From positions 3,930,267 through 3,994,266 of the forward strand of contig CAVNZM010000006.1 in NCBI GenBank assembly GCA_963693365.1: a stretch of DNA of 64,000 nucleotides, given 5' to 3'. Positions 1 through 24,100 of this stretch are shown piece by piece. The DNA comes from Amoebidium appalachense. Taxonomy: Eukaryota > Protista > Ichthyosporea. The notes beneath the pieces are model-generated. The model made no database searches. It was not told where the DNA came from and worked only from the letters and a program-made list of their open reading frames with translations. Each line of letters starts with the position of its first letter. The first letter of the stretch is position 1. A program made the position numbers and the translations under genes.

Positions 1-939
1 GATTCAGCTAGGCAAGATACACCATTCAGAAGTCTTCAATATAGATACACCAATCATATTGCAGATTGATACAGGGTTGGGCTGGGGTTGGCCAGCTTAA
101 CTGTATTGTCCTTTGGCCAATCGTAACGGACAGTTTCTTAATCGTAACGGGGGGGCTCTTGAGATCTGCAAGCCCAGGTAAAAACGCCCTCCAATCACAA
201 AACTCAAAATACGCGTTTTTACAAATTAAGTATCACAAAATTACAAGCCCTGAATACTTGTCGGGGTTCGATATTGCTCTTGAGATACGCTGTAGATATG
301 TTCTTGAACAGAAATAATGAAAAAATTAGGTACAGTCAGATTAGGGGGCCTTAAAGCGTTTCAAATGCTATACATCTGGTACGAAAGCTGTTACGACGGC
401 ACCCTAACCTTATTCGTATCGGGGTCTTTCGTTAATCGTAATTACGACGAATTTTTTTCGTAATCCCCCCCTGGATTGATATAGCTTTGAATTTGAAAGT
501 TAGCAGTTTACTATATTTAGGCATTATTTGCTTTTTTGCATGCCATGATCGCCATCTCGTCTACACGCCCGCTGACGCACTGCTATGCTTGCATAAAAGT
601 GTTATATCGACACAAATACTGTACACAATTCTGTATCTGAACAATAAATTCCCCTTCTGATGGTTGTGCGACCCACGGAGGCCCCAAATATCAACTGCGG
701 CCAAGATATCTATCCAAGCCTTTCTCCCCCGGGATGTGTCGATATCTTCCCAAACAAACCTCAACGGTCATGTTTCAAAAGATTCGGGCAGGTGATATGG
801 CACCGGATAACGCTCATTTTCCAAAATAAGTTGAGAAAAAGTATATATAGCAGAATTAATATATATATAAGGCCTATAGAAACGTCTCATATTTGCACAT
901 GTAGGGCGTTCTAGCCCGTGTAGGTTTTGAATAGCTTGA

Positions 940-1414
940 AGTACTGATCATTAATTCGCTTTTTGGGAGCTTTGGCAGGATACATTTCTCCTGCTGTACG
1001 TATGGATACCACAGCTAGTAGATAAGTCTGTATGGTGCTCTGATGTTGATATTGCCTGGGAAGTTGTGCAGTGGCGTTGTATTCTTGTTTCCATCGCCGC
1101 TGGTGCCACTTTTGTGCTGAACTTTTTAATCGAAAGCATGTTGATAGGTGTGAGTTTTTATGTCGCGTTTTACCTCTTTCCCTACGTCTACGGGTGTACA
1201 CGTCTGCTACGCTGGCTGGCAATGTGAACACTTTAGACTTTTTGTTGAATTCTGTTGGTCGTCACATTGAGTATTTATATGATTTTCACACAGTGTTCAG
1301 GTATCTCAGTATGCACTTGTTACTGGATAACTCGTGAAGTTTTTATAGTCTTCTCAGTATGCCGTGCATACTCGCATATCTTTCCGTCGAATAAATTCAG
1401 TCAAAATAAAAAAA
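940..1414 (+). mobile_element. 5'-truncated non-LTR retrotransposon (LINE) 3' end with CCHC zinc finger, AATAAA and A-rich tail
   Basis: Encodes CFHRRWCHFCAELFNRKHVDRC (C-x2-C-x6-H-x3-C). It is near-identical to the minus-strand copy at 17626-18235, homologous to 16570-17545, and ends in ccgtcgAATAAAttcagtcaaaataaaaaaa. Confidence 0.75.
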
Positions 1415-1483
1415 GGTTTTGAAGATAGTGGGGGTTTAGGAAAAAGCAGTAACTGGGGTGTTCCTAATGCACAGCAAGATCGT

Positions 1484-2062
1484 TAGCCAATCCGATCGCG
1501 TTTTCATAACGCCCAGGGCCCCAGCCGCGCCCCTCCGCTGAGAGAGCTTGTGTCTGCCAGCGTCATACTAGAGCCCAAAAAAATATTTGCAAAATAATAA
1601 ATAGTTAGCATATACGAAACTATAACTTACAATGTATTACAGGCAGGCCTCGCTCAAGGGCTAGCTGCTAAAGGCTTCGGAACTCTCTTGTGAGGTAAAT
1701 GGCGGGCCAAAGAGAAAGATATGAGCCAATCATTGCGCTCTGGCATGATGCTTCCCCCAAAAGAATGGAATGCGAAACTTATACATCGGCTCCACTTTGA
1801 TTGGCTATAATTCAAACACTTAAAATGTAATTATACATTTTGATTGGTTCGCGTTCATTGTTTTATTTCAGATGCAATCTAAATTGCAGTGATGTAAGAG
1901 CGTTCTGATTGGCTTATGCCCTGGAAAAAAGCAATTTTTTGACAAATCACGGGGTTCTCGGCTTTCTGGTAATGTAACAGCCTGATATAGAACTAATTGA
2001 ATCTTTACAAACCCCAACCACTTGCAACCACTGAATAATTTGGCTGATGAATAACCAATCGG
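1484..2062. promoter_or_regulatory. Cluster of six CCAAT boxes upstream of the sulfate transporter
   Basis: agCCAATc (~1485, ~1724), tgATTGG (~1798, ~1841, ~1906) and aaCCAATc (~2053) lie within 800 bp of the ATG. Similar clusters precede other genes in the window. Confidence 0.5.
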
Positions 2063-2265
2063 ATATGTTGGATCCACCCGCCAAAACATTAGTGCGACGA
2101 TTAAATAGCGAAGTCGCGCTCAAAGGAGCTCAGTTGTGTCATGTGTTTCCGTGAGGTCGCTCTTTCGTACATGCAATATCTGGCTTGATCCGCCTCAAGC
2201 GATATTTTCGCGCGGCATTTATTAGCTTATATTCGTTGTGCATAGTACTTTTTTTTCACGGCAAC

Positions 2266-4494
2266 ATGGAGCACAGAGTTTCTAGCGGTCTCTCTAGAGA
2301 CACGAAAATGTTTGACACAGACGTAGTTCCAGAAGCTATTCAAGTAGTCGAGGTTCGAAACGAAAATAGCAACAGTGACAGTATGAGCGATATAAATGAT
2401 GTTGTTGATTTGAGAGGCATTGAGCCCCTGAACCCAAAATCAGACAGCCCCACGTCGCTGAAAACTGAAGTGAAAGGGGCCATTCAGTACACAAAGAGCG
2501 CGTCAAAACGGTGGTGGAACGACGAGTTTGGTGGTTATGGTTACCTTGATTGGTTTGGGGTGTTTCTCCCGTGCACACGGTGGTTGCGCACATACCCGTG
2601 GGCGTCGTTTTTCTTGAATGACATGGTTGCCGGTCTTTCTGTCGGTCTCCTCCTCATTCCCCAGTCCATGTCATACGCCGGTCTTGCCGGTCTTCCCTAC
2701 CAATACGGTCTGTATGCCGGTTTTATGCCCGTCGTCGTGTACAAGCTGTTTGGCTCGTCGCCACAGCTGGCCGTCGGCCCAGTCGCCATTATTTCGCTCA
2801 TGCTCGGCACAGGGCTGCAGAACATTACGGGCTACAGCAGTGTTGACCCGAACCGGCCCGATAATCCCCAAATGCAGGCAGAATACAACATGCTGGCACT
2901 GCAGGTGTCCATGCTCGTCGGTGTGTTTGAGTTCCTCATGGGGTTCTTCCGCCTCGGTTTCCTCACCAACTTCCTCTCCCACTCGGTCATTTCCGGTTTC
3001 ACCACGGGCTCTGCCATCACCATTGCCATGCAGCAGATCAAGGACATGACGGGCATCAAGGCGCCACGTGCCACCAACCTGCAGGACGTGGTTTCCAGTT
3101 TGATCAGCAACGTGTCAACGTTCAGCTGGAAGACGTTCGTTTTCTCGCTCGCCTGCATGGCCATCCTCGTCGGCTTCAAGGAGATTGGTGCGCGCGTCAA
3201 GAAACTGAGCATGGTTGGCTACCTTGGCCCCATGACGGTCACCACCATGGGCATCGTTTTGAGCTATGCCCTCGACTTTAAGGCCCGCGGTATCAGCGTC
3301 GTTGGCCCCTTCCCCGGCGGTCTCCCTCACCTGGACCTTGACTCCTACGTTCTTCAGGACAAGTATCCCATCCAGAAGATCATCAGCACCGTCGGCCTCG
3401 TCGCGCTGGTGGGTGTCATGGAATCGATTTCCATTGCCAAGGCGCTTGCGGAGAAGAACCACTACACGTTCTCGCCTGACCAGGATCTTCGCGCTCTTGG
3501 TCTCGGTAATTTCATTGGTGCTGGATTTGGTGGTTACGCTGCAACGGGTTCATTTTCTCGCTCTTCGCTCGCCGACGCAACTGGGTGCAAGACGCAGATG
3601 TCCGGTCTCGCCACGTCTGTTCTGATGATGGTTGTGCTTCTGGTGGCTACCAAGCCGTTCCACTACTTGCCCAAGGCGGCGATGGCGTGCATCATTGCTT
3701 TCTCCGTGATGGGTCTCGTCGACATTGCCTCTGCCATCCATTCGTGGAAGGTCAGCAAGAAGGATTTCCTCGTTTGGGTCACCTCTTTCATCGTCACGCT
3801 TTTCGCCGGCGCCGAGCTTGGTCTCGGTGTCTCCATCGGCTTGCACATTTTGTTGACGGTTGTCGAGTCCGCCTTCCCCTACACGTCTGTTCTTGGCCGC
3901 GTGCCCGAAACCACCATCTACCGTGACACCAAGCGGTATGAGGGTGCGCTCGTCGTTCCCGGTGTGTTGATTTTCCGCGTCGATGCCCCCATCTACTTTG
4001 CCAACGTGCAGTATATTGACCAGCGCATCAAGAAGGTGATTGCACGCGACGAGGCGCACACTGGCACCAAGGTGCGCTACCTTGTGCTCGACATGCAGCC
4101 CGTCACCCATGTCGACGCCACGGCCATTCGCCAACTTCTCCGCACGCTGGATTCCCTCAAGTACGAAGGCGTGCGTGTTGTTCTCGCCGGCACTACACGC
4201 AACACGCTACAGCTTCTCCTACGCGGTGGTTTGATTGATGTTGTCGGTCGTGAGTGGGTGTTCATGCAAGTGTATGAGGCCGTTCTCGCGTGCATCAAGT
4301 TGGACAACGGTGGCGTCCATTCGGAGCGCGACGTTCTTGGCGCTGCGCTGACTCCCGTCGAATCAAAATGGCAGAATGGTCCAGTTTCGCCTCGTTTTGT
4401 ACCCACGGAGATGACTGTTGATATTACGGGCACGCCTTCGTCATTGGATGGCGCTGAATCTGCGGAGCCGTTCCAAGGCAAGGCGGACTGCTGA
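2266..4494 (+). CDS. sulP: SulP/SLC26 sulfate (anion) transporter with C-terminal STAS domain, intronless
   Basis: Motifs include [59 protein letters not shown] and the STAS region [11 protein letters not shown]...[14 protein letters not shown]. The first ATG is at 2266; the ORF-track start at 2185 is TTG. Confidence 0.96.
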   Translation: [742 protein letters not shown]

Positions 4495-5060
4495 TTTTTT
4501 TTTTACGTATGAATTTGTTGAATTTCCGTAATTATGATTGAACGACGAAACAACAGCTGGTCTGTTTGTTTATTTTTGCGTGAGCAGATATGAATGTAAA
4601 TATCTGGCTGTGGAATATGTCAGGGGCCTGCTGGCAGGTGTAGCGATTTGATTACTGCGAATGACCGAAGAATATAATTCTTGATACGATGAATATGCTG
4701 AAAGAAATAAATAAACGAGAGAAGGGCTGTGCTGGAGAGTACCTCCTGAACTGGTTTCGGGTTCCCAGCCTCCCATAAACATAAAGTTTGTCGTTTTCTT
4801 ATCTGACTGTTTGTGTGCAACAACTCTCGTGGCTTTCATCCGACTGTGTGCAGTGGCTTCATGTGCACGTATTTTGACTTGAAGTTTATGCCGGAAAGAA
4901 GGAAAGCGCATGTATGTGTGTGCCGTCTCAGTCAGTCGGTGTGCGCGTGTATGCCCTATGTGACTGTCCTGTGAGTGTGTGTGTGACTGTGTGTGCGCGA
5001 GTATGTGTGCTTGCGCATGTGCGCACGCGCATGCCCTGTGCGGGCGTGTGCAGTACGTGT

Positions 5061-5100
<40 letters not shown>

Positions 5101-5699
5101 TGCGTGCATGCGCAAGCACACGCACACACTTGCGCGTGCGCGCGCGAATCGCGCACACGCGCGAATGTGCGTATGCGTGATGACATAGTGCGCGTATGTG
5201 CAGTGTGCGCGTGTGATGCTTCACACACATTCCTGCACAGGACAAATTGAGAGTGTGAGCTAGTGTGTGAGTGTGTGTGTGACACTATGTGTGTGTGTGA
5301 CACTGTGTGTGCGTCTATGCACAATGTGTGTGTGTGCCTGTGCCGTCAGTGTCCGGTGCGTGTGTCGACTCAGGTGAGTCTGTGCACGTGTGGCAAAAAA
5401 TACGAATAAGGACATGCGGTAAGCTACTCCTCAGCATGCATAGCACAGTCATCCGGATCCTGTGTCAAGTTCTACCATGCTATTCCTACGTTTGTTCATG
5501 TTTACTTCGTTTTTTCAAGTTGTTGCGTTGAATTTTGCTTCTCTCGCGTAGTGATTATTGGTCATTCATACACAGGTATGAGGTATGTTCAATACCAAAC
5601 CTAGTGATCTTTATGAAATCATGTGATGCCGAGTATTGCTAAACCGGGAAAACATACATGTACAGATACCAATTGCCTCCCCCCCCCCCCCCCCCCCTC

Positions 5700-5744
<45 letters not shown>

Positions 5745-6203
5745 ACACACCCACAGAGAGAGAGAGGGGGAGGGAGAGAGAGGGGGAAAGAAACGGGTGT
5801 TTGCAGAAACAGAAAAACAGAACCCCAGGACGCCAGCCACAAAAAAAAGGTTTGTACCGTGCCATACAGTATGAGCATGGCATGCTAAACTGAAAAACGA
5901 TATCCCCCCCCCCCCCCCCCCCCCCACACACACACAAAAAAAAAATAGAGTTCGAAAAAAACTTAACCTAGAAAAAAAGGAGGAAAACCAAATTTCACGT
6001 CACTTTGCTCTATAAATGTACATTGTTGCATAAAAGCGCAGCAGCCGTTGGCCTAGTGCCAGAACCTGACCACAGCCCTACATGTATGCCAGTCGCTACG
6101 AGAACATTCCCGTTTCTGCAATTTTACGCATTTTGGAAGCCAAAAATCCGGGTTTTTTTTTTCTTTTCAAATCCAGGAGCAAAAAGGACGATGGCACGTT
6201 GAA

Positions 6204-12873
<6,670 letters not shown>

Positions 12874-13598
12874 TCTGGATTGGAAGTATAAAGCGTTGCA
12901 ACTGCTTTCGAAGTCGAAAACTACTGAAATGTGATGGTGGTGTCTTGAAGTAAAAGTGTCCAAGTTGTCCACATGCACAAAGAAAAGCAAATTGAAACCT
13001 CGGGCTCTCAGGGCCTGAACCTACAGGGTTCCAAAACATGATTGTTTACATTTCTTTATTTGGCTATAATTACTCTAGCATACATCCAATCAAAAAACTG
13101 AATGGAAACTAGCCTGTTTAGGAAGGTGTCTAACCTTATAGAGCTATTCAAACATCTCCCTAGAGCCAGTAAAGTGTAGGGAGCTCGACTACGACCTGAG
13201 CCGATCGAAGCCTCGTAACAAGCTTGCCCGCTGCACGCTGAGCCTCGGTTTTTCAGTTTAGGCAAGCACAGGTAAAAAGGAAAGTGAGTTAGCATTGGGC
13301 AAAGCACATGTCATGCACCACAAACACGGTGGGCACTAGGCTCAATTCGTTTCACGCTTCCAGCTGGAAAAGTTTGTGCACGAAAGTTGGTGCACTGCAG
13401 CCAGGCCGGTGCGGACAGACTCATTTTTTTCGCCGAAAGCACATGTCCCACTTTTCCCTCACTGTTCAAGTAGACGGTTTCAACTGAGCACGCCGGTCCA
13501 AGAAACCGTAGATTTAGATGGGTATGGGTTAAAAAAGCTCACTTCTGGCACGATAAACGGTCACATGACTAGAATTACAGAATTGTATACATATTAAA

Positions 13599-14378
13599 AT
13601 GGAGGGTGCAGGCATAACTTTGAAGCTCAGCAACAGTGAAAACATGATACGCCACCTGACGACAAGCAAAGTCAGTGAGCTAGCAGAGAGACAACCAAGC
13701 ATACAAGAACTGAGGTCACCGGCGCATTCAAGCGATTTTTTTGGTTCCTCAACCACTACTCCGCCTGTTCCAACCTCTACACCACAAGCACCTTTTAGCA
13801 CAGACACACAAACCAACACATCCACCAACGACACACCTACAACAGCACAGCAACAGGCACTTTACCCGCCCCTAGCTGTCGTACGCACAGTTTTGGTCCC
13901 ACCCATGAACTTCGCGATGGTTGCCCCAGGGGTATACCGTTCAGGGTATCCAGGAAAGAAAAACGAACCTTTTTTACGCAAGCTGGGTCTACGTTCCATC
14001 ATTTGCCTCACGCCGGAACCATACAGAAACTACGAGTTCGCAAGGGAGCAAAACATCCAAATCTTTCAATATCCGATCGAAGGAAACAAGGAGCCGTTTA
14101 CACATGTTCCAGAGAGTATGGTTGGCGACGCCATAGCGAAAATCCTTGACAAAAGGAATCATCCCCTTCTTATACACTGCAACAAGGGGAAGCATCGTGC
14201 TGGATGTGTGGTTGGGTGCTTGAGGAAGGTGCAGAATTGGTCGACGACTTTCATCTTTGACGAGTATCAGAGATTTGCCGGGACAAAAGTGAGAATTCTC
14301 GACCAAGAATTTATTGAGTTGTTCAACATACACAACATACAGTATGATGAGTCTCACAAGCCACTGTGGTTGTGGTGA
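13599..14378 (+). CDS. SIW14: Siw14/OCA (PFA-DSP) family atypical dual-specificity / inositol pyrophosphate phosphatase, intronless
   Basis: Contains LVPPMNFAMVAPGVYRSGYP, the P-loop LIHCNKGKHRAGCVVGCLRKVQNW and IFDEYQRFAGTKVRILDQEFIELF. It is transcribed divergently from translin. Confidence 0.93.
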   Translation: MEGAGITLKLSNSENMIRHLTTSKVSELAERQPSIQELRSPAHSSDFFGSSTTTPPVPTSTPQAPFSTDTQTNTSTNDTPTTAQQQALYPPLAVVRTVLVPPMNFAMVAPGVYRSGYPGKKNEPFLRKLGLRSIICLTPEPYRNYEFAREQNIQIFQYPIEGNKEPFTHVPESMVGDAIAKILDKRNHPLLIHCNKGKHRAGCVVGCLRKVQNWSTTFIFDEYQRFAGTKVRILDQEFIELFNIHNIQYDESHKPLWLW

Positions 14379-15245
14379 GTACCTGTAATCATTTGATCAC
14401 AACTAGGATGCATATAGTGCAATGGAGCATAAATATTGTCTTGTAGTCTTTTGAATGATTAACATGATAATCAAAATACACGTAACTATGTGGTTTGGCT
14501 GGAAGTAGGGAGGGTCTTACCCTTTCTGGTTGCACAACAAGGGGTCGTTGGGGTACGGAGGCACTGAATGGACTTGGGCTGTTTTGATTGGGGTGAAGGA
14601 GTGACGTTAGGGTGGGTGGAGGGGTGGGCGGGGGCGGGGGCGGGAGGGGAGGGAGGGCCGGGGGTTGGGGGGGGAGATCGGATGGTGGTAGTGGTTCTTT
14701 TTTTGTCCTAGGGGGGCGGGAGGGGGGAGAGGGGGGAAGGAAGGGAGGGAGTGAGGTGATGGGATCCAGAGACGGGGAGAGGGGGGGGGGGGGGGGGGGG
14801 GGGGAAGGAGGAGGTTCAGGAGGGTGAAGGAGGGATGAAGAGAGTGTGTGTGTGACTAAGTAACCGGTTGTTGTCTCGTATTTTCTTAACGAGACGTTGT
14901 GTTTGAAGCGAAAAGCTCTGATGTCATCGAATGATTTCCCTCTTGCTTGAGCAAGACTAAGTACATAGCAGCCGTATGAAGCCGTGCAGTCAGTCAGGAG
15001 AGAGCAACATAACCCCCCCCCCCCCCCCCCCTTTCCCCCCTCGCCCCCTGTCACATAGCCCCTTCCCCCCCTCCCTCTTCCCCCTTTCCCTTTGTTTCTC
15101 TCTCTTTCCCTCCCCCCTCCCCTCCCTCAACCCCTCCAATCCTTCTCTCCCCCAGTGCTCTTCTGCGGGTTTTACATGCCTGCCTGCCGCTTGACTTCTC
15201 TCCCTCTGTCTCTCTCTCTCTCCCTCCCTCCCTCCCTCCCTCCCT

Positions 15246-15280
<35 letters not shown>

Positions 15281-15347
15281 TTCCGGCACCTGCCCCAGCA
15301 TACCTGCCCCCCCCCCCCTCCCCCCCCCCACATCCTTTCCTCCCTCC

Positions 15348-15378
<31 letters not shown>

Positions 15379-15819
15379 ACACACAAACACGCACACATGC
15401 ACACGCACACACAGGCTTTCCCCCCTATGTTGGCCCTCCCAGCCTATCTTCTCCTGTTTCCTTCATCCTCCCTTCCCTTTCCGCCCCCTTTACTGTAGAT
15501 TTCTTCCGTTCCACGTCCTAACACCCTTTACTCCATTTTCATCCCCCTTCCCCGGCCTCCTCCAAGTCCCTCTCCCGTTCCCCCATCTCCACCTCCCACC
15601 CCGCTCCCCTTCGGCCAATCTCAATTTTTTTCTTTCCTTTTTCTATTGCTCTTGTCGTAGTTGGTTGTTCATTTCTACTTTGCTCTTGATTTTCTACTCC
15701 CTCTCCCCTCCCGCCTCTCTCCTCCCCCCCCTTCTGTCCCCATCCTCTACCTCCCAGTCGGAGAGTCTCCCACCCGCCCACCACACACACGCACACATAC
15801 ACACACACACGCACACCCC

Positions 15820-15850
<31 letters not shown>

Positions 15851-15938
15851 CCCCTCACACATACACACACACACACACACGAGGCTCACGAGAACGACCC
15901 CCTCTGCAGGTCCGTCTCTGACTACTCCCCTTTTCCTG

Positions 15939-15981
<43 letters not shown>

Positions 15982-16158
15982 CCCCTCCCCGACCCCCAGC
16001 CTCCCGAGTCCCTTCATCCCCTTCGCCCCCTCGAGACCCCCTCCTCTTCCCCAACTTCCTCACGTCTCGCGAAAAAATTATCGATCCCTCTCTTCCGACC
16101 CCGGCCCTCTTCCATCGTATTCCCCCCCACCTCCCCCCCACCTCCCGCCCCCCCCCCC

Positions 16159-16202
<44 letters not shown>

Positions 16203-16294
16203 CGTTTCCTTTTTTTTCTTGTTCTTTTTCTTTTTTCTTCTTTCGGTGTACGTGTGTGTGTGTGTTGTTGTTTTGTTGTTGTTTTTGTTCGGGG

Positions 16295-16335
<41 letters not shown>

Positions 16336-16569
16336 CCATGTTGTGTACACGTCTTTCAATAAGTTTTACAAGTAGGTCTGGGTGCCCGCGCAAATGAAGC
16401 TGGGGTCTAAAAGCTTAGTGTCTGAACCCCCTACAACTTACACTATTTTTAGTGCGACCGGTACTAGCACACTACAAATTAAATGCATGGTTTGAATATT
16501 GACGAAACTTTGCTGGCGCCCCTGGTGTACATGCTGATTTGTGTTGGATCCCCGCTTCCCCCCTCCCCC

Positions 16570-17545
16570 CGCATTTTTTCGTGCGCGTGGTGGCTTACAT
16601 ATCTATCAAGGAATATTCGCAAATATCTCTAATATTCATCCTGCCGATTTGCTCACTCTTTATAAAGTTTTTCTTCGTCCATGTTTCGAATATGGCCTCC
16701 CGTTACTCTTGTGTGCCCCTCCACGGCAACAGCGCGCGGCTCTTCGGGAATTCGATTCCTTTCAGCGTGAATTCATCCAGTTTATTTCTCGGATCTCGCG
16801 TACTCAGTAGGCATCCTTTGGCGGCTCCCTTGCTGAGTGTTTTTGGTCTCCCTCCGGCGCGCCAGCGTATAAATGAATTAGGACTTTGCTTTTGTTTTCA
16901 TTTGGTTAGGCTTCCTTCTTATCATCCTTTGTTGCAATTCTTTCCATCTTTAGCACCTGTTCCCGGCATTTCTAATGTTCGTGCGAAATGTCCTATCCCC
17001 AATCTCTCTCCCATTCCGAGATATCCTTTTAAATACTTATCTCCTTTATTTTTCTCTTCTACTAGTTTTCAGCAGTATGCCCTTGGTTTCATACTCAATA
17101 TCCTTTGCTTCATCGTTGTGATAAAGAGTATCATGGTAGGGCACTTGAGCCTGTGCTTCTTTTTATATTAGATACTCGTCTTTTTTTCTTTACAATCGTT
17201 GTGTAAATTAGCTACTTATATTTATCCTTCCTCTCGTAAACCTACCACACTTACCGATTTTGCAATTCTAACCCCTCCTTGTGATATAGCTTGGAAATGT
17301 ATATTTTGGCGCTGTAACCTTTGTTTCCATAAATGTTTGTGCCACTTTTGTGCAGAACCTTTTTCTCGTAAACACTTAGATAGATGTATTTATTTATCTC
17401 AGATTATTCCGCTAGAAATTAGAAGACTGGCTTATTAAATTTTAATTAATCCTGATATTACGTCTATTGACTATCTGTTGAACCACGGTATGTTTAACGA
17501 GTTTTCTAGGGTGTATGATTATTTAACATTAAGTCGTTATCTCCT
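16570..17545 (+). mobile_element. Degenerate LINE 3' fragment (RT thumb region plus CCHC finger), older subfamily
   Basis: LLTLYKVFLRPCFEYG resembles the non-LTR RT thumb motif. It is followed, through stops and frameshifts, by DIAWKCIFWRCNLCFHKCLCHFCAEPFSRKHLDRC. Confidence 0.75.
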
Positions 17546-17625
17546 CCGTATCCGAGAGTGAGGGCTTTTGTATTTTCTTCTCCGAGATTTTGCTGAGCAT
17601 ATCAGTATTCATTATTAATAAAATT

Positions 17626-18235
17626 CTTTTTTTCTTTTGACTGGATTTATTCGACGGAAAGATATGCAAGTATGCACGGCATACTGAGAAGACAATAAAA
17701 ACTTCACGAGTTATCCAGTAACAAGTGCATACTGAGATACCTGAACACTGTGTGAAAATCATATAAATACTCAATGTGACGACCAACAGATTTCAACAAA
17801 AAGTCTAAACTGGTCACATTGCCAGCCAGTGTAGCAGACACTCTTGTAGGGAAAGAGGTAAAACACGACATAAAAACTCACACCTATCAACATGCTTGCG
17901 ATTAAAAAGTTCAGCACAAAAGTGGCACCAGCGACGATGGAAACAAAAATTACAACGCCACTGCACAACTTCCCAGGCAATATCAACATCAGAGCACCAT
18001 ACAGACTTATCTACTAGGGTGGTATCCATACGTACAGCAGGAGAAATGTATCCTGCCAAAGCTCCCAAAAAGTGATAATGATCAGTACGGTGTTGCCTAA
18101 GGAACATAACACATGCCGACTGAATTTTACCTTTGATTTCTCTATCAGAACGAGAAAGAAACTTATACTGCGTATGGTAATAACGCGAAAAGGCAGAAAA
18201 AAACAGGAAGAGTGGCAACACTGCAAGATGTAATT
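17626..18235 (-). mobile_element. 5'-truncated LINE 3' end, tail-to-tail with the 16570-17545 fragment
   Basis: Encodes LGALAGYISPAVRMDT...DIAWEVVQWRCNFCFHRRWCHFCAELFNRKHVDRC and has AATAAA plus an A-rich tail. It is highly similar to 940-1414. Confidence 0.78.
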
Positions 18236-18787
18236 ATTCCCGATGCCGGGGAGGAGAGGGGAAAGGGGGGAGGGAAAGGGGGTGGGAGGGGGGAAGGGGG
18301 GGGAGAGGTTGGAGGGGATGGGGGCCCCGAGACAGTCAGGGTCCCGTTCAAGGGTCAGGGCCAGTACCATTCCTCATTTCTAAGGTACCCCTGGTTCACG
18401 TGCACCTCATTGCATGTCCTTTGGGATGCATAGCTCCTGAACAACTGAGCTATCAATTCACTGTGCATGAAACGATGGATTTATTACTTCTTGCTCCGGT
18501 TAGCAAGGTTTAGAGCCGCGCAAAGAACCTAACATAACGTATTTGTACACATGTGTGTAACACAGTTTCTTGCATATACACCTAAGGCTTTCGAAGTGCG
18601 CATCCATAAACCGCATCTGTAGCCAGCATCCCAATTCTCTCTCTCTCTCTCCCCCCCCTCCCCCCCCCCCCCCCCCCCCCCCCCCGGGAAGAAAATCATA
18701 CACGCCAACCCGATACAGCCCACAAACGCAACACATGTACGTGCTACCACCCACATAACAAGACCTAACAAGCCTCTGAATATTTAG

Positions 18788-18829
<42 letters not shown>

Positions 18830-18920
18830 GCTCTCACAACCCCATCCCACCTAACAGCCCCAGCTCACCACCAAACCCAAAATTGCATTCAAAAACTCCC
18901 GTAATTCCACACAAAATCCA

Positions 18921-23595
<4,675 letters not shown>

Positions 23596-24100
23596 GGTTA
23601 GAGTGTAAGCCAAAAGGCTGAGATTTCGAAACGAGGGAAAAAAACTTGGAATGATGCGCAGAAACTCAAGATCCACGCGTGCAAAATGGCAAACGTTTCA
23701 CGGCCTAAACCGTAACAAATAAAGATGCTGGAATGGAGCAGCAAAAGCTCCTTGTTTCTCCAAAAAAATGGTAAGTATTTTAGACAAGAAAATCGTCAAC
23801 CAAGAATTTTAACACAACGTAGACCAAGAATTTCAACACAACTTCAGCTGACTTTGAAGTGCCTGGTTGTCGGTGCACACGTGTACATGCAAAGTGGCGC
23901 TTGGGCGGTTCAAATTTGCAGCCTCTCGCTAATGCGGCTCCATGTCTTACATGGATGATGCACTACGTCACACATCAGTGTAACGTTCTTGTGATAGACC
24001 GGCCGTGTGTGACTTAGGCCGGTGGCAAAAGTTTCAAAAACAACTTTTCACTGACAACTGAAGTTTCCACCGTGTTGGAAGTTCATAGGTTTTCAGCAAG

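Noticed and set aside
2185-2265. N-terminal extension of SulP from the ORF track
   Set aside because: It starts at TTG; the first ATG is at 2266.
15092-16393. 427-aa and 284-aa overlapping ORFs
   Set aside because: Low-complexity pyrimidine/poly-C DNA with no domain or codon signal.
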